A DNA stretch of 39,375 nt, from sequence record MZ234024.1; one strand, written 5' to 3'. How positions within the stretch are numbered: the stretch's first letter is position 1; every line of letters begins with the position of its first letter. Shown here piece by piece: positions 36,504 through 39,375 of this stretch. A program made the translations under genes and the position numbers. Source of the DNA: Escherichia phage vB_EcoP-101136BS1. Under the pieces are notes generated by a model. It saw nothing but the letters and a program-made list of their open reading frames with translations. It was not told where the DNA came from and did no database searches.

Positions 36504-38786
36504 ATGGCTAGTAATATTGAATCAGCTCTGGCTAATCGGACTATGGGTCGTGGCAGAGCGCCTGGTAAAACTATCGCCGTCAACTATCAAGCAGCCAGCG
36601 TTCAGGCTCCAACTGGCGACTCCGGTCTGGCTCGTGCGTTAACCAACTTCGTTGAGTCTGGGACAGGATTGTACAAGCAGTTCAAGGACGATGAGAAGAC
36701 CAGAGCTGACGAGCGGTCTAACGAGATTATCCGTAAGCTGACACCACAGCAAAGACGTGAGGCTATCCAGAACGGCACATTGCTGTATCAGGATGACCCT
36801 TACGCTATGGAAGCACTTCGAGTCAAGACTGGTCGTAATGCTGCCTTTGCTGTAGACGACGAGATTAACGTTAAGATTCAGAACGGTGAGTTCCGTACAC
36901 GTCAGGACATGGAAGAGTATCGCCACCAGCGACTTCAGGACGCCGCTAAGTCCTATGCTGAAGAGGCGGGTATCAACCCTACCGACGAGTTCTTCCAGCG
37001 TGGATTCAACGATAACATCACAGACCGCAACATCGCCATCTATGGGTCTTTCAATAAGTATTTCAGCAAGCAGTCTGAAGAGACAGCAATGTTGAACACT
37101 CGTATTGAGATGAACTCATTCCTGAACGATGGGGACCTGATGCGTTCTCCTGAGTCTGGAAAGACCTTCATGGCCTACCTTCGGGATGGACTAACGACTG
37201 CTGCTATCCCTTCGGACCAGCGAGCACGAGAGGTCATTACCCAGACGGTCCGTGACGCAATCCAGAAGTCAGGTGGCTCAAACTTCCTACAGCAAGTACG
37301 AGGCGAGCGAATCACCCTTAACGGTGTGGATGCTACAGTCGAAGAGATTGTAGGACCAGATGTCTTCAACGCTGCTATTGTAGAGGCCCAAGGTACTGAG
37401 TACAAGCTGGTGGCTAAGTATCAGGAAGACTTGTCGTTAGGCGTTCAGTCTGCGATTCTTCAGGATGACCCAACCATCGGTCTGGCCCAGATTCAGAAAC
37501 TCAAGGAGCAGAACAACCTGCTTCAACCGGGTGAAGAACTCACGCCTCAGCGTCAGATGCTTATTAATGCCGAAGCCAGCTTACTGGAAGCGGTCAAGCG
37601 TAAGTCTGCTGAACAAGCGAAGGAGAACACTAAGTTAATCCAGACCCAGAACAAGCAACTGGTCATCGACCAAGTGTATCAGCGACGTCTGGCCGGTGAC
37701 AACGTATCCACCAACTATGAGGACCTTCCGGTCTCTGACGCTACAGGGGAGTTCAAGCGTTCAGACATGAACAACTATGCGTCTTCCAAGCTACAGCAGA
37801 TTGACCAGATGGACATCCCTGAGGCTGCTAAGGACGCTCAGAAGGTGGCATTGTTAAGAGCTGACACTAATAACGGTCCGTTCCGTAATGCCTTCCAGAC
37901 GCTGACTCAGGACGCTGCTGGTGAGTGGCAAGCTGCGGTCATCCGTGGGCAGTACGACCCAGACAAGATGCAACGCTTCGAGTCTCTTCGTCGTGCCTAC
38001 ACTCAGGACCCTTCAAGTTTTGCTGCTCTATATCCTGACCAAGCTCAGTTGTTCTCTACGTTCGACCAGATGGACAAGATGGGTCTGGACCCTCAGACGA
38101 TGATTGAGGCTGATAAGCAAGCTGCAAGTCAAAGCCGTGAGATGCGCATGGAGTCAGACAAGGCGTGGCAGGAGTTGAAGAACGACTCTCGGAATAAGGA
38201 CCTTTCGCGTCTTCCTACGTCTCTAGACTCAAGTGCTCGTAAGGTCTGGGACTCATGGTACTATCGTACAGGTAACGCTGATGCTGCAACTCAGCAGACT
38301 CAACGCTGGCTGAATGAGAACACCGTAACGTTCCAGTCTGAAGGTTCTGATGGTAAGTCCCTCGGCATGGTGTCCAAGCACCAGCTTATGGTCGGGGATA
38401 ACCCAGAGTCGTGGCAGGTGGGTCGAGACATTATCGACACAGCTCGTCAGCAGCTCATTAAGGCCAACCCTTGGGTAGTGAACTCTCAGTTGTCCGTTGT
38501 TGAACAGAACGGCTCTATCTTCCTCCAAGACGCTACGGGGACTATTCGTATTCGATACGATAAAGAACTTGTAGGTAAACTCTACCGCGAACAACAGCAG
38601 AAGGCACAAGATGCCGCATATGCTCAGGCAGAACGTGACGCTAACAAGCGAGCGCGTATCGTCGGGACTAAAGCTGCTGGTGACAAACGTCGAGCTGACC
38701 GAGAGGCCAACATCGAGAAGCGTGGTGGGATGTACAATGACGTCTCACTGGAGGGTATCGCAAACGTACTAATCGGTAAGGAGTAA
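36504..38786 (+). CDS. gp15: internal virion protein C (gp15)
   Basis: 760 aa (T7 gp15 is 747); position between gp14 and gp16; strong RBS GAGGAGG. Confidence 0.85.
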   Translation: MASNIESALANRTMGRGRAPGKTIAVNYQAASVQAPTGDSGLARALTNFVESGTGLYKQFKDDEKTRADERSNEIIRKLTPQQRREAIQNGTLLYQDDPYAMEALRVKTGRNAAFAVDDEINVKIQNGEFRTRQDMEEYRHQRLQDAAKSYAEEAGINPTDEFFQRGFNDNITDRNIAIYGSFNKYFSKQSEETAMLNTRIEMNSFLNDGDLMRSPESGKTFMAYLRDGLTTAAIPSDQRAREVITQTVRDAIQKSGGSNFLQQVRGERITLNGVDATVEEIVGPDVFNAAIVEAQGTEYKLVAKYQEDLSLGVQSAILQDDPTIGLAQIQKLKEQNNLLQPGEELTPQRQMLINAEASLLEAVKRKSAEQAKENTKLIQTQNKQLVIDQVYQRRLAGDNVSTNYEDLPVSDATGEFKRSDMNNYASSKLQQIDQMDIPEAAKDAQKVALLRADTNNGPFRNAFQTLTQDAAGEWQAAVIRGQYDPDKMQRFESLRRAYTQDPSSFAALYPDQAQLFSTFDQMDKMGLDPQTMIEADKQAASQSREMRMESDKAWQELKNDSRNKDLSRLPTSLDSSARKVWDSWYYRTGNADAATQQTQRWLNENTVTFQSEGSDGKSLGMVSKHQLMVGDNPESWQVGRDIIDTARQQLIKANPWVVNSQLSVVEQNGSIFLQDATGTIRIRYDKELVGKLYREQQQKAQDAAYAQAERDANKRARIVGTKAAGDKRRADREANIEKRGGMYNDVSLEGIANVLIGKE

Positions 38787-38790
38787 CATA

Positions 38791-39375
38791 ATGGCGACTC
38801 GTGGTATTCGCAATAACAATCCGGGTAACATCCGGGTAAGTAAGGACCAATGGGAAGGAATGACTGGAGATGATGGCGCATTCGTCACCTTCGATAGTCC
38901 AGAGTCTGGCGTCCGAGCTTTAGGTAAAAACCTGCTGTCCTACGGTCGCCAAGGTTATGATTCCATCGAGAAGATTATCAACAGATGGGCACCTCCTAAC
39001 GAGAACGACACTAAGGCTTATATTGACTCAGTGGTGGCTGCAACTGGTATTCCAGCTACACAGAGTCTCGACCTATCGGACCCTGACACCCTGTCTTCTC
39101 TGGCTCAAGCTATCAGCTTCCATGAGACAGGCTCCCGGTACGACCCTGAAGTCTATCAGAAGGGAGTCGCACGAGCACTCAATGGCATTAGCCCAAAGAC
39201 TCCACCAGTAAGCGCTAACGTATTTGACGCACTCACGGAAGGACTCAAGGCTAAACCTAAAGTAGCTCTTGGCGAGAACCTTCCGACCGCTGCTGGTCTA
39301 AACATTGAGGGTCAAGCACCTGAAGCTCCCAACGAATCGTTCGGTGAGATGTTCTATAAGTCTACTGGCGAGACC
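38791..39375 (+). CDS. gp16: internal virion protein D (gp16), N-terminal 195 codons, running off the window end and continuing in frame at 1..3303
   Basis: ATG at 38791 after RBS AAGGAG; no stop before the window end; 585 nt is exactly 195 codons, so base 1 starts a new codon. N-terminus (RNNNPGNIR...) does not resemble the T7 gp16 SLT domain. Confidence 0.8.
   Translation, partial: MATRGIRNNNPGNIRVSKDQWEGMTGDDGAFVTFDSPESGVRALGKNLLSYGRQGYDSIEKIINRWAPPNENDTKAYIDSVVAATGIPATQSLDLSDPDTLSSLAQAISFHETGSRYDPEVYQKGVARALNGISPKTPPVSANVFDALTEGLKAKPKVALGENLPTAAGLNIEGQAPEAPNESFGEMFYKSTGET

Overview
The window reads as a complete, circularly permuted genome (39,375 bp) of a T7-like podophage (Autographiviridae, T7/T3-type gene order). 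All credible genes are on the + strand: internal virion protein gp16 (split across the window ends), tailspike, holin, terminases and Rz/Rz1, then a non-coding genome-end region, the early region (Ocr, RNA polymerase), DNA metabolism genes (ligase, gp2, SSB, endonuclease I, amidase, primase/helicase, DNA polymerase, exonuclease) and the structural genes (portal, scaffold, capsid, tail tube A/B, gp14/gp15). Eleven copies of a phage promoter (consensus CTAAACTATCACTATAGGGA) and a T-phi-like terminator punctuate the genome. All homology statements come from comparing the supplied translations with T7 proteins recalled from memory; no database search was run. The best candidates for novelty are accessory genes set into the conserved backbone: an ASCH/PUA-like gene between gp11 and gp12, an endonuclease VII-like gene between gp13 and gp14, an Ocr homolog with a C-terminal extension, several orphan early genes with no gp0.7 kinase, and an unassigned 164-aa gene between endonuclease I and the amidase. 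No tRNA, CRISPR array or integrase was seen.
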